DNA from: Squalus acanthias
Lineage: Eukaryota
Assembly (NCBI GenBank): GCA_030390025.1
Contig: JASTWF010000341.1
Location: forward strand, 62,001-126,000
Reading direction: 5' to 3'
DNA: 64,000 nucleotides
Position 1 is the first letter of the stretch. Each line of letters begins with the position of its first letter. The notes beneath the pieces were generated by a model that did no database searches, had not been told where the DNA came from, and worked only from the letters and a program-made list of their open reading frames with translations. The position numbers and the translations under genes are program-made. This document shows, in pieces, positions 1 to 11,924 of the stretch.

Positions 1-60
1 AGTGAGTCCAGCACTGACCAGGAATTGAACCGGGGACCCGCCGCAGGACTACACTGAGTT
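1..60 (-). mobile_element. Degraded tRNA-derived SINE head fragment (window edge)
   Basis: Minus strand reads GGTCCCCGGTTCAATTCCTGGTCAGTGCTG (B-box GGTTCAATTCC). Resembles the SINE copy at 57920-58216. Confidence 0.35.
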
Positions 61-1799
61 TGGGTGTTTAAACTGTCAGCAAATGGAGCGTTAGAAATTT
101 TAGATGGTATCCAAGTGGAATATGTTACAACGTAGCACTGTTGAAAACAGTTACTTGTAGAGAGTTGGTGGATGGTGTAATTACAGGCTGGGTTTGTGAT
201 CATGTTGCTAAACTATATTATTGTGCTAGGCACAATAGTCAATTTCACGGCTCGTTTTCATTATGTATTTTGATAATATGAATCAGTGAGAATTACAGTG
301 ATGTAGCCTAGATCAGCTTTTTTGACACCAAATAAAAAATGATAAATACATCAGATGTAATGTATCCGATACTGAACAGCAAAAAAACAATTCCAACTAC
401 ATCAAAGTTGATGCTCACATTTTTACAAGAATACCGTGCTCCAGCTTGCACCAATCCACGGTTTGCTCAGTTGGGTTTTAGGTTACTCCACAAGACCAGA
501 CAACGAAACATAAAAGAGCTCCATATCCATAACAAAGTGTACATGATTGGACTCTTGACTACGAGACCCCTAGTTCAAACTCATATCTTGGTGACAGAGG
601 ATGAGTTTCATCAGCTTGAGCCAAGTCACTTGACAGAATAAGAAAAATTATCTGCTCATGTGGATATGGAAAGAAAAATAGGACCAAACAAAAGACAGTA
701 TATGGAACAAAATGTTTTTAACATTTTCAAACTGATATATGAAACTGTACCACAGTATTTTTTTTTGGAATTTAAAGTTAGGGAGGAGTAATTTTAGGAG
801 AAAGTTCCAGAAAGAGACTGAAAGGATGGCCACCAATGGTACAAAAGAGAATGAGTAATCTGCCATTGCATGTGTGGAGCATGCGAGCAGGATTTAAAGC
901 TGAAAGAGATCACAAAGTAGGGTGGAGGGAGATATTGCAATAGTTGAAACCATGTGGACCACTTTGCGTTAGTGGTGACCTGATATCTAACCCAGTCAAA
1001 CGCAAAAATATGTTCCCTTCCTCACGATAGTGCTGCTTACTCACTATATGGTATATAGTCCAAGATATATTTATAAAATACAGCAGCATTTGTCAGTAGT
1101 GGGGTAAGGCTTAGTTATAGGTTTTGAGGAGATCAGAAAATGTAACTGTTTTCACATTTTTGTGCTTCCTTGTATACTTGGATTGACCCTGGCCCTGGAT
1201 AGATGAGTAGTAGGTTTTAGTGTACAAAAGGTTGAAAGTTTGAAATCCACTGATACAAATAAAAGAATTACCCTCAGTTGAGCCTGAATTGTGCATCAAA
1301 AAAGTGAAAATATTGCAGGCCACTTAAAATGATATCTAATAACCTCAAATTCCTACTAAAGGACAAAATATTTCATGAATAAAACCATTTCTATTCACTG
1401 CAATATAAAATTCTGTTTATTAAATCCTCCAGTTAAAATTGAGACTTTTGGATGTTCTCATTTAAGGCCCAGTTTTCACTTTGATATCTCTGACCATTTC
1501 AGTTCAGGGTAGAATGCCCACAGCTATAAAGGTGAGTTTATACAAAGGCCTGACCTGGGTCATTTTGGGCACAGAAATATCTTTGGCTTCTTTTAATTAT
1601 CCTCCTGACACCTGTGCTGACTTTAAATTCTGAATTCAAATTTTGTATTCATACTTATTTCAAGGTCTCAGGTAAAACCAAAGAAAAGATGTAGCAAATT
1701 TTACTCTGAAATCTGATTGGAGTAAAAAAGTATGACAGGCTCAAAACTTTTATATATCTATACATCTTTCCACAATATATTTAAAATCTTACTTCTACA

Positions 1800-1920
1800 T
1801 GTAACTTCCTCTCTGTGCCACTTGATTTCCTGTTGTCACATTTTTCTCACATTTGTTGCACCTACTTTTTCCATTATAAATTCCAATGTCCACATTTATA
1901 ATGAAAAACACCTATGTAAA
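1800..1920. repeat. Unassigned dispersed repeat unit with hairpin CATTATAAAT-N12-ATTTATAATG
   Basis: Stem 1872-1881/1894-1903. Homologous units recur at ~11930-12030 and ~12140-12210, and inverted at ~12313-12350. Confidence 0.55.
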
Positions 1921-2539
1921 CACATCATTGTGAATGTGCAATCTGGCCACCACATTCTCACTTTTGCAAAATGTTTTCTAGAAAATTTTTCATCAGTAAC
2001 TGAAATTTCTAAAGTCCAAAAAAGGAGTTCAACCAAAGCAAAAAATTCAAAAAGTGACATATTTCACAATAAAATGATTTACATTAATCAGTTGAATTAG
2101 GTTTTGTGTCTTTTAATGCCTTCAATATGTTTTTACTTGAAGGCCTCATTGTCTCACAAGAGCCTGGGCTTAGAGTTGATATTTTGCCCAGAGCTGTGAA
2201 CACTGAGCTAAATTTGAGGTGAGCATATGCAGTGTATCTGCAGGATGCATCAGTAGCATAAAGTCAGCTATATTGAGGGATATTTTTTCTTTAGCTTCTA
2301 GCAGTTTCTGCTCAAAGGTTTTACAAAATTATTTGAAGATAAGCTAGAAATCAAATTACAAAAAGCTTTACTGAGTAAAGTCTTTCTTTTTAATTTTTTT
2401 AAATTTAGAGCGTTTTTAAAAAAAAAGTGAAGCACTGTGTGTGTCTTTGCATGTTTATCAGAGAGAGAGAGAAAAAGAAAATGACAGTGTTCTGATTACG
2501 CAGATTGTAACCTTTGTTTTGTGTTCTACAAACTTTAGA

Positions 2540-2586
2540 AAGAGAATGAGAGGGAGAGGGAGAGGGGAGAGGGAAGGAAAGAGAGA
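2540..2586 (+). repeat. GA-rich purine low-complexity tract
   Basis: AGAGAATGAGAGGGAGAGGGAGAGGGGAGAGGGAAGGAAAGAGAGA; a short (GA)n also at ~2460-2472. Confidence 0.7.
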
Positions 2587-4234
2587 TTTAAAATTTGAGG
2601 CATTGCCGAACTGGGATCCAATGTAGGTCAGCAAGCACAGAAAGTGATCCATAGTCACAACAATCTGATTTGCACACCAACCGAAATTGAATTAGAACTG
2701 ATCATTGGCATGAATGTTGGCAGCAATAAGTCATGCATGCCATGGTGTACAGGTATATTTTGCAGGGCGCACACCAGGGTGTCCAATCCTTAGTCCCCAT
2801 GTTGTGCTGCTCCTCTCCTATCCCGGCACTGCTAAGTGAGTGAGGAAAAAAAGAATTGACGGAATTAATGAAAAATGTAATCAGCCACACATGGGGAAAG
2901 TTGAGAAATTTCAAATTGAGAAGGTAAAAGAAAAATTGTATCTGAAGTTGAAATCATTTATTTTTAACTAACCTTTAAATTGTAAACAAAGCTTTTCTAT
3001 GCTGAATTCGATGGAGTTGGCATGTCTCCGGTATTGTTATCGATTCACAATGAGAAAATTGGCTCATTCCCAATCGCAAGTTCAATGAAAAAATGCATCT
3101 TGGTGATGTTTACTGAATAAAGTCTTTTTATTTAAACAAATTCCAGTGATGAACTTTACTGAATGCATGCGAGAGCCAAAATTGAGTTGGTAGTACTAAA
3201 AGTTATGGGGCAGGGTCAAAGGGAAACTGTAGTACAAAATTTATTTTCCAGCCACACCTTTCCCTGATCATCAGCAAGCTTCGTTTTTAAACTACTTGTA
3301 GGGCCAATAATTCATTTCACCGCATATAAAGTCAAAACGTTTCACAGCTGACATTTTTTATCATTCAGCATCACTGTGACTGATCTGAACAGTCTGTTGG
3401 GTGATCCAGTGTCATCAGTTTCCTACAATGCAGTGTGATTCTCAGCATAACTGCACCACTGGAACTGGACCCTCAAGCTTTTGCTGTTGTTTGTCAAAGC
3501 TAAATGTTGAAAAGCAGCAGAAAATGGGGTACAATCAGGAACAGGAGACGAATTTCACGTAGGAATGCAATAATAAAACAACCCACAAAATATTTTCAGG
3601 CTATATTTTACTACTGTTGGAACGGTGGCAGCTAAAGCCATATTTAATTAAACATAGGAGACGTTGGTACTCTCTTAACACAAGTAAAAGGAGAAAACCT
3701 TGAATTTGGAACATTATCCCTATAAAAATAAGAACATCTGAGAATTGGATAGTATATTATAGAGTTGTATACCATAGAGTATGTGTTTTTAAAAAAATGA
3801 GAAACTGTCAAAGCCCATAGTGTACCAGCACAAGCTTCAGTCCAAATGCACCTCTTTCTGACCGCTATCTACCTTTACCTTAGAAATGAATGGCATAATC
3901 TGATTCGTACTGGATGAAGCACTCCATCTATTTACTCTGCACCATTTCCCTGCTGCCCTCGTGTGTTTTCAGAGAATAACTGCCAGTGATTATTCTGTAC
4001 AGTTTTACCCATCGTCTTTTTAAAGTTAAAGCAATATTGTAATCCTATAACATGGGGTAAGAAGATTTATTGAAATACTAGAGAATTAAAACTTTCAATT
4101 AAATTGTTCTTTTCCTCTAGCAAGTAAAATATCATCTATTTTATCTAATTTCCATCCAAATTTATTCGGTAAAGAGAATTAAATCAAACATGGTCATTTC
4201 TAATAATATGAGAGAGAACCAAGACTGACTTTCA

Positions 4235-5119
4235 GGGGGAAAAATTTGGTTGATTAGTGCCTCCCGTTAGCGCCCCAAGAGGGCGCTAATGGGGCACAAA
4301 GCAACTAGCGCCTGGGCGTGGCGATGTTTGCGCCGCTCGCAAAATTGACCAGACATTTTGTGGCGGCGCTAAACACTACCGCCACGATCTCCTGCGCCCG
4401 CAGATCGTGACGTCAGTAGAGCATGCAACGCCCCGGACCGGATATAGAGTGGCACCCCCTGCCTTTCCGCCTGCCGCTAGCAACGACAGGTAGAGGGAAA
4501 CGTTTTGCAGTCGGGAAGGGACTGGGGAAGCGCTATTTAAAGGCGACCAGTTCCTGCCTTTTTTTGTCGCCGACATTTTTGCACCACGCATTCTGAGAAA
4601 GAGAGAAAGAGAGACTTTTGGAGAGATTCAACGCTGTGTGAAGGAGTTTTGGGTACTGAGCAGCACTTTGCAGGTTCATTTTGATTTGACCTTCCTTGCA
4701 TCGATTTAGAAGAGACTGTGGGGGCTGCACTCTGAGCTCTTTCCCTGGACCGCTCCATTGTTCTTTCCAGCAGAATTGATGTACAGGTCTCTCCAGGCCG
4801 AGATTCAAGGCTGCAATGAGCAGGGTGTGGCTGGAGAGCAAGATCGACGCTCCCCTTTAAGAACTGGCCGGCGCCAGTGTGTCTGTGTTCCATTGCTAAC
4901 TGACATCACATGAGCTTCGCCAGCGCTCTGAGGTAGCGCCTCGCTCCTCGGCGTTAGCACCTTAAGATAGGTGTGTAGCGCCTGATTTAGTGCTCCAATC
5001 ACCTCCAGGGGCGATAGAAGCCAAGTTTGCAGTCGGAGGCGATAATTAGCGCCAGGCGTTAAACTTTGCGCCTGGCCGATAATTGCGCCCCTAACGGGGC
5101 GATACCGAATTTCTCCCCC
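4235..5119. mobile_element. Non-autonomous PIF/Harbinger-type element (MITE), 885 bp
   Basis: TIRs GGGGGAAAAATTTGGT (4235-4250) and ACCGAATTTCTCCCCC (5104-5119), 14/16 match. 3-bp TSD TCA (4232-4234, 5120-5122). GC/CpG-rich with many subterminal AGCGCC/GGCGCT motifs. Confidence 0.8.
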
Positions 5120-5436
5120 TCACTATCTTAAAGGGTGACAACGGATAATTTAAGTGGGAAACACTTAGGCCGCGATTTTGCCATTGGAGGCATGTTCGCG
5201 TTGGGTTGGCTGCTCGGCGGGTTCCGGTCCTGCTCCCGGTTTCAGCCGCACTGGAACAACAATTTTGACTTAACTGGGCTTATTAAGCCCGCCGTGCGCG
5301 TTACCCGGCCCAATCAGTGGGTTCGGGTCTGCTGCTCACCTCTGCTGACATCTTCGATTCAGCTGCATTTAAGGGGCCCAAGCAGCCTTGGTGTTTCATT
5401 CACATTCTGATGCTTCTCAGTGTTACTGATAGCGAG

Positions 5437-7278
5437 ATGACTGCTTCAAGAGCCTAGGCTTCTCCCCGATCTGATGATGACTCCCTCCATGCTCTTGTGG
5501 AGTGAGTGAAAGGGCACAAGGAGGTTCTGTTTCCATCCAATGGACGGAGGAAGCCTCCTCAGCAAACCAAGGCAGCCTGGCTGCAAATTGCTGAGGAGGT
5601 GAACGCCAGGTCTTTGTGTTCACGCACCTGGGTTCAGTGCTGGAAAAGGTTCAATGATCTGCTACTCTCAGCAAAAGTGAGTATAACATCACACTTACCT
5701 TCAATCTGCTTCCCATCTCTTCTCATCACCAGCACTCTGCATGGTCAACCTACTCCTTCACATCCCAACTTACCCTTACATCCCTTGCACCCTTAACCAT
5801 CCCTCTCTCTCTCTATGTACAGAATCACTCCACCTTTCTACTATGCACCCCTCACACTCACCATCACTGTTATGCAACGGCAACAACTAACAACGCACAG
5901 GGAGGGCCCTTGGTATTGGCACCTCACTCCATCTTTGTCTCCCTCTAAGCATCTGTGCTATGGATTCTCTACACTCACTCCAACATTCTCGCTCAAACTC
6001 CACTTGTCTCCCTCATTGCAGGAAAAGAGAGGGGGAGGACAGGAGGAAGGCCACCTTCCATGGCGCATTTAACCACTGCTGAGGTGGCTGCAATCGAGAT
6101 CGTTGGAGGTGCAGAGGCGCTGGAAGTGGGAAACGGAGAGACGGGCGCAGTAGAGCAAGCTGGTGACAGAATAGATTTGCAACCCTCTCATTTAGATTTC
6201 ATGAGTGACTGATATGGCATCTGATTTTCATATAGATTGAGTCTGATCATCTGCACAATGGGATGTGTCTGCTACGTTAATCTCACATGTCTAACTCATG
6301 CCTTTACTCCCCCACAGGACCATCGAGAGCCCCCCTCCCCACTGTCCAGGAGGAAGAGCCGGACGACTCCTCAGAGGAACCTGCAGCACCAGCGCAGAGA
6401 ACACACCTCGGTGAGTCCTTCGCGAGATAGATTAGTGTTGTCACCTGGTGTATCACAGCTCACAAGTGAGTATCAGCAGATGCTGGAGACAGGGACAGTA
6501 GAGGAGAGTCCTCACGTAGGGCGCTGGATGCTCCTAGTTCTGCTCAGCTACATGTGGACACTGTGCCTCTGGGGCCATCCAGAAAGAGCTTCAGGAACAA
6601 GTGCAGGAATCTCTGACAGCGTTTGCAACCATGGTAACCGCGAGTGTGCAGAGAATGGAGGAGTCCATCTCAAACATGAGCAATGCCGTGGTGCATGCAA
6701 TGGCGAATGTAGGTGCCGCCATGGAAAGGATGGCAACCTCCTTGGAGGACATAAATCGCCAGACTCAAATGAACATGGTGACTCTTCTAAATAGATGGTG
6801 TGCTATGGAGGATAGATGGGCATCTATTGAGGAGAGGAACCAGAGGTACATGGACATCCTCGTTATGAGGACTGTCAGTACAGAGACAGGTCCTCATGGC
6901 CCCACTGATGTGCAGCAAGGTGCTCTCCAGCCACTTGCTAGCAGTGAAGTGCGGGTGACTCATGAGAGGGATGTTGGTGGTCAACAACAAGGAAGTGTGG
7001 GCTCCTCTGCAAGCATTCACACTCCCATGCCACCGCGGAGCCCTCGGTCAGAGCCCCAGATTGCTCACCCAACTGAGATGGCCATCTCAGCCCCTGCACA
7101 GTCGCAGGAGGAGCAGACTGTTGCGGAGCCCTCTCAGGCTCCCAAACCCAGAGGATGCCCGCCAAAGGCGTCTAAGCAGGTGCAGCATAGAAGTGAGCAA
7201 GGTGCCTCTACATCTGCTGAAGCTACAGGGGAAGCACCACGTAGAAGCACGTGTAAGAGAAAGTTAACACACAAATAG
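5437..7278 (+). pseudogene. Harbinger Myb/SANT-like (trihelix) DNA-binding protein gene, 3 exons (5437-5676, 6022-6162, 6318-7278), disrupted
   Basis: Exon 1 encodes KEVLF...KAAWLQIAEEVNARSLCSRTWVQCWKRFNDL, typical of MSANTD/NAIF1-like domains. GT-AG boundaries are shared with the copy at 47306. Two in-frame stops in exon 1, exon 2 is 19 nt shorter than in copy 2, and exon 3 is frameshifted. The C-terminal part is ORF 6601-7278. Confidence 0.85.
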
Positions 7279-7564
7279 TCACAAGGGTAATCAATTGGGT
7301 GTTTGGATCTAATACAAAGTTACGTTTCTCATCGTTATATCAATTGTATTAAAGAAATGCAATGTCAAAGATTCAAAGAGTTGGCCTATGTGTGCTCAGA
7401 AATGGAAGTTGCACAGTGAGGGGTCAGGATGCCTTTCATCTGTAATGATGGTGGTGAGAGTGATAGGAAACCACAGTTTATTGTACAGATGCTGTATGGT
7501 GTGTTAAGAAGGTCGGGCAGACGCTCATTTCCATGTGCCAGCCACATGTGTTTGCTGCGTAAAC

Positions 7565-8777
7565 TTACGCGAATCTGGCATGGATTAGTGTATCCCTTGC
7601 CTCACAGCCAGCAATGTGCTTGCGTGCTGGTGGAACTGGCACATCCGCCTCCACAAGGTCTTCCTCATCTGCTGCCTCCTCCACCTCCTCCTCTTCTGAC
7701 GATGCTGTGCGCTGTGCCACTTGTTCCTCAGGCAACGGTAAGCTACGCTGCTGTGCAATGTTGTGCAGGGCACAGCAGACCACGATGATTCTGGACACCC
7801 TGGCTGGTGCGTACTGTCGAGCTCCACCAGATCTGTCCAGGCATCTGAATCGCATTTTGAGCAAGCTGATGCTTTGCTCTATGATGCTTCTGGTGGAAAT
7901 GTGGCTCACATTGTAGCGCTCCTCAGCTTCGTTTGATGTCCTCCTCATCGGTGTCATTGGCCACGTCCTCAGGGGATAGCCCTTGTCTCCAAGTAGCCAT
8001 CCGGAAAGTTGGGCTGGCGGATTGAACAGCTGAGGCACAGTGGATTGCCGCAGGATGAAAGAGTCATGCAACTGCCAGGCATCTTGGCGCAAACATGCAT
8101 AATGCTCTTCCTGTGGTTACACACCAGCTGGACATTATGAGAGTGGGCACCCTTGCGGTTCACAAATACAGCTGGGTTGTGATGGGATGCCCTAATGGCC
8201 ACATGTGTGCAGTCTACGATGCCCTACACCCTTGGCAAGCCTGCCATATTTGCAAAGCCAACCGCACGCGCAGTAACACTTTCTTCATCCGTGGAGAAGT
8301 GGATGTAATTGTGCGACTTTGCAAAGAGGGCATCGGTAACCTGCGTGATGCAACTGTGTGCGGCTGACTGGGAGATGCCGCTTATGTCTGCTGCTGATCC
8401 CTGGAAGGACCCTGAAGCAAAGAAGTTGAGGGCGGTGGTGACTTTGATAGCCACTGGTAAGGAGTGTCCACCCGCTCCTCTGGGCTGCAGGTGTTGGTGC
8501 AGCATTGTGCAGATGTCAGCGACTACCTCTCGCGAAAGCCTCAGCCTCCTTCGGCACTGCTGCTCACTCATGTTGAGGAAGCTCCTCCTCGGCCTGTAAA
8601 CCCTGTGTTGGGGGTATCCCTGCGCTGACGCCCTCTGCCCTGTGCAGCATCAGGTGGCTGAGGAGAAGGTTGGCGCTCCTGTTGTTGCTGCTGCTGTTGT
8701 GCCTGGTTCTGCTGCTGCCACAGCTGCTCTTCCTCCGATTCTGAGGACCAGGATGAGAGGGTATAAATGGTTCCCAT
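7565..8777 (-). pseudogene. Harbinger DDE transposase (HARBI1-like family), disrupted
   Basis: ORF pieces 8568-8777, 8224-8571, 7969-8202 and 7565-8092 give [12 protein letters not shown](I/V)VDCTHV, NRKG.HS.NVQLVC, HDSFIL, LLGDKGY and [19 protein letters not shown] (D-D-E). One nonsense codon at 8224-8226 and two frameshifts. Confidence 0.93.
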
Positions 8778-9328
8778 TCCGCTGGTATATATCTCAGTTG
8801 TGGAATAGAGGTTATAAGCGCTCAGTCAATGTGAGGAGAGGGTTTTCCAAGGAGGTCACAGTGCATATGGATCTCAGCTTAAACACTTACAAGTTCAACA
8901 GACCTGCAAAATGTGTTCCAAAACCTCAAAACAGAAAGTTCTGGCATCTGAAAGTCAGCCATGTTACAGGTCTGCTTTTATGCTGCAGGAGCAGCTGTCA
9001 AGTATTCAGCTACTTGCTGAACCCGGCACAATCAACTGGCGTGTTTGTCACACAACATACAACACGCTGAAAATGTTGCAAAATGGGAAGAGCCTCTTAA
9101 AATAGGATTATCCAGGCAGTTAACAAGTGGCTCTCCCGCCGCTTGTAAAGTTGCGTGGAGGCGGGATGGCGGCGGGTTCACAACCCACTGTCAATCATTT
9201 TGATTTTAACTTGGGACCCACCTCCAAACCCGCCCTCTGAGCGCCGGCAAAATCGCGGCCTTAGATTCTGGTAAAATTAGCTTTCAAATTAAGCAATGTG
9301 TAATTCATGCGATATAACTTAAATTATA

Positions 9329-11733
9329 GATACATAGATACATAGAAGATAGGAGCAGGAGTAGGCCATCCGGCCCTTCGAGCCTGCTCCGCCATTTAAT
9401 GAGATCATGGCTGATCCTCCAATTCAGTATCCCGTCCCCGCCTTTTCTCCGTAACCCTTAACCCCTTTTGCCTGTAGAAATATATCTAATTCCCTCTTAA
9501 ATATATTTAATGAGCTGGCGTACACTGCCCTCTGTGGCAATGAGTTCCACAGGTTCACCACCCTCTGAGTGAAGAAATTCCCCCTCATTTCTGTCCTAAA
9601 TGGTTTAGCCCTTATCCTTAAATTATGTCCTCTAGTTCTGTTCTCACCCGCCAAGGGAAACATTCCTTCTGCATCTAGTCTGTCTCGACCTGTCAGAATT
9701 TTATACACTTCTATGAGGTCCCCTCTCAATCTTCTAAACTCCAGTGTGTACATCCCTAAACTACATAGTCTCTCCTCATAGGTCAATCCCGCCATTCCTG
9801 GTATCAGCCTGGTGAATCGCCGCTGCACCCCCTCCATGGCAAGAACATCTTTCCTCAGATGAGGCGACCAAAACTGTACACAGTACTCGAGCTGTGGTCT
9901 CACCAGTGCCCTGTACAGCTGCAGCAAGGTATCCCTGTTCCTGTATTCCAACCCTTTTGCTATGAAGGCCAGCATACCATTTGCCTTCTTGATCGCCTGT
10001 TGCACCTGCATGCTCGCCTTCAGTGACTGGTGTACAAGAACACCCAGGTCTCTCTGTACTTCCCCCTCTCCCAATTTATTGCCATTTAAATAATAATTTG
10101 CCCTCCCGTTCCTGCACCCAAGGTGGATAACTTCGCACTTGTCCACATTATAGTGCATCTGCCATTTATCCGCCCAATCACCCAGTCTGTCCAAATCGCT
10201 CTGGAGCTTCCTGGTCTCCTCCTCTGAGCCCACCCCCCCTCCTAGTTTAGTGTCGTCTGCAAATTTGGAAATGCTGCATCCGACTCCCTGATCCAGGTCA
10301 TTAATGTAAATTGTGAACAGCTGGGGACCCAGGACAGATCCCTGTGGTACCCCACTTGTTACTGCCTGCCATTCAGAAAATGAGCCGTTTATTCCAACTC
10401 TCTGTTTTCTATCTGACAGCCAGTTCTCTATCCACGTTAGTACTTTCCCCTTTATCCCATGAGCTTCAATTTTCCCTGCTAATCTTTTATGTGGGACCTT
10501 ATCGAAGGCCTTTTGGAAGTCCAGGTACACCACATCTACTGGCTCTCCCCCATCTATTTTACCAGTTACTCCCTCAAAAAATTCCAATAGATTAGTCAAG
10601 CACGATTTACCCTTTGTAAATCCATGTTGACTCTGTCCTATCCTGTCCCCATTTGCTAAGTGCTCCGCTATTTCATCCTTAATGATGGACTCCAGCATTT
10701 TGCCCACAACTGATGTAAGGCTTACAGGTCTGTAATTACCTGCTTTTTCCCTACCCCCCTTTTTGAATAGTGGGGTAACGTTAGCTACCCTCCAATCCAT
10801 GGGCACTGTTCCCGAGTCTAATGAATTCTGAAAAATCATACTTAGTGCATCCGCTATCTCTAGGGCCACCTCCTTCAGCACCCTAGGATGCATGTTATCA
10901 GGCCCTGGGGATTTGTCCGCCTTCAATCCCTTTAGCTTCCTTAACACCATATCCTTAGAGATATTGACTTGCGTCAGTTCCTCCTTTGCAAATGTCCCTA
11001 TTTTTCCCGATATCCCAGGGAGGTTTTTTGTGTCTTCCTTCGTAAAGACTGACCCAAAGTATGCATTTAGTTGGTCTGCCATTTCTTTATTTCCCGTTAT
11101 ATATTCCCCCGTATCTGACTGCAATGGGCCAACTTTGGTTTTCACCAGTCTTTTCCTCTTGATATACTTATAAAAGCTTTTGGAGTTAGTTTTTATATTT
11201 TCCGCCAGCTTGCTTTCGTAAGCTATTTTGCCCCTCTTGATTAAGCCCTTTGTCCTCCTTTGCTCTATCTTAAACTGTTCCCAATCTTCCGCTCTGGCGC
11301 TTTTTTTGGCTATTTTATACGCCCTATCTTTGGATTTTATGCTGTCTCTAATTTCCCCTGTTATCCACGGTTGAGTCACCTTTTTAGATTTCCTTTTATG
11401 CCAGATTGGTATAAACAATTTTTGCAATTTTGTCATTCTATCTTTAAATGCTTGCCATTGTTTATCTACCTCCAGTCCTCCCAGGAACGTTGTCCAATCA
11501 GACCTACTCAGTTCCCGTCTAATGGCATCATAATTCCCCTTGTTTAAATTCAGGACCTTAGTATCTGAGTCAATTTCTTCGCTCTCCATTTCGAGTGAGA
11601 AATCGATCATGTTATGATCGCTCTGACCCAAGGGTCCCCGTACAACAAGATTACTAATTAGTCCCTTCTCATTGCACAGTACCCAGTCCAATATAGCCTG
11701 TTCCCGAGTTGGTTCCTCGACATATTGATCCAG
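9329..11733 (-). mobile_element. CR1 LINE, 5'-truncated, young
   Basis: Uninterrupted ORF2 fragment. 3' UTR with (TATGTATC)n-like tail at ~9329-9345. Candidate TSD ATTATA (9323-9328, 11734-11739). Confidence 0.95.
9424..11733 (-). CDS. CR1 ORF2 fragment (end of APE endonuclease, reverse transcriptase, C-terminus); 770 open codons, no native start
   Basis: GQSDHNMI (APE end), KSPGPD, NYRPVSLTS, YLDFQKAFDKVPH, GVPQGSVLGP, FADDTK. The frame stays open upstream of the ORF-track start to 11733 (LDQYVEEPTREQAILDW). Confidence 0.9.
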   Translation of the reverse strand: MDQYVEEPTREQAILDWVLCNEKGLISNLVVRGPLGQSDHNMIDFSLEMESEEIDSDTKVLNLNKGNYDAIRRELSRSDWTTFLGGLEVDKQWQAFKDRMTKLQKLFIPIWHKRKSKKVTQPWITGEIRDSIKSKDRAYKIAKKSARAEDWEQFKIEQRRTKGLIKRGKIAYESKLAENIKTNSKSFYKYIKRKRLVKTKVGPLQSDTGEYITGNKEMADQLNAYFGSVFTKEDTKNLPGISGKIGTFAKEELTQVNISKDMVLRKLKGLKADKSPGPDNMHPRVLKEVALEIADALSMIFQNSLDSGTVPMDWRVANVTPLFKKGGREKAGNYRPVSLTSVVGKMLESIIKDEIAEHLANGDRIGQSQHGFTKGKSCLTNLLEFFEGVTGKIDGGEPVDVVYLDFQKAFDKVPHKRLAGKIEAHGIKGKVLTWIENWLSDRKQRVGINGSFSEWQAVTSGVPQGSVLGPQLFTIYINDLDQGVGCSISKFADDTKLGGGVGSEEETRKLQSDLDRLGDWADKWQMHYNVDKCEVIHLGCRNGRANYYLNGNKLGEGEVQRDLGVLVHQSLKASMQVQQAIKKANGMLAFIAKGLEYRNRDTLLQLYRALVRPQLEYCVQFWSPHLRKDVLAMEGVQRRFTRLIPGMAGLTYEERLCSLGMYTLEFRRLRGDLIEVYKILTGRDRLDAEGMFPLAGENRTRGHNLRIRAKPFRTEMRGNFFTQRVVNLWNSLPQRAVYASSLNIFKRELDIFLQAKGVKGYGEKAGTGY

Positions 11734-11924
11734 ATTATAAAGCAGATTTTAAATATAAACTTAAGTTTCAAATAAAAATATGTATTTTTTACTGTAATTG
11801 TAATTATAGGCTGTGCAATAAGCATACGAGTATATATAAATATAACAAATTGTACTATATTATTTACACAATGATGAAATTACAGTTTAGGGTGAAAATG
11901 TCATATATATATATGTATTAAAAA

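Larger units (their letters stand above)
5168..9260. mobile_element. Full-length PIF/Harbinger DNA transposon (autonomous-type structure, decayed)
   Basis: Perfect 15-bp TIRs GGCCGCGATTTTGCC (5168-5182) and GGCAAAATCGCGGCC (9246-9260). TTA TSD (5165-5167, 9261-9263). Contains a Myb/SANT gene (+) and a DDE transposase (-) in convergent orientation. Confidence 0.95.

Noticed and set aside
339..641. 100-aa ORF and the many other 60-140-aa ORFs in unique sequence
   Set aside because: No recognisable domain or coherent exon chain. Lengths are as expected by chance, and many are antisense or alternate frames of TEs.
8679..8725. Standalone CAG/CTG microsatellite
   Set aside because: Explained as the Q-rich N-terminal coding tract of the transposase.
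7565..8777. Host HARBI1 gene
   Set aside because: It lies between TIRs with a TSD, is paired with a Myb gene and is disrupted, so it is a transposon copy rather than the domesticated gene.
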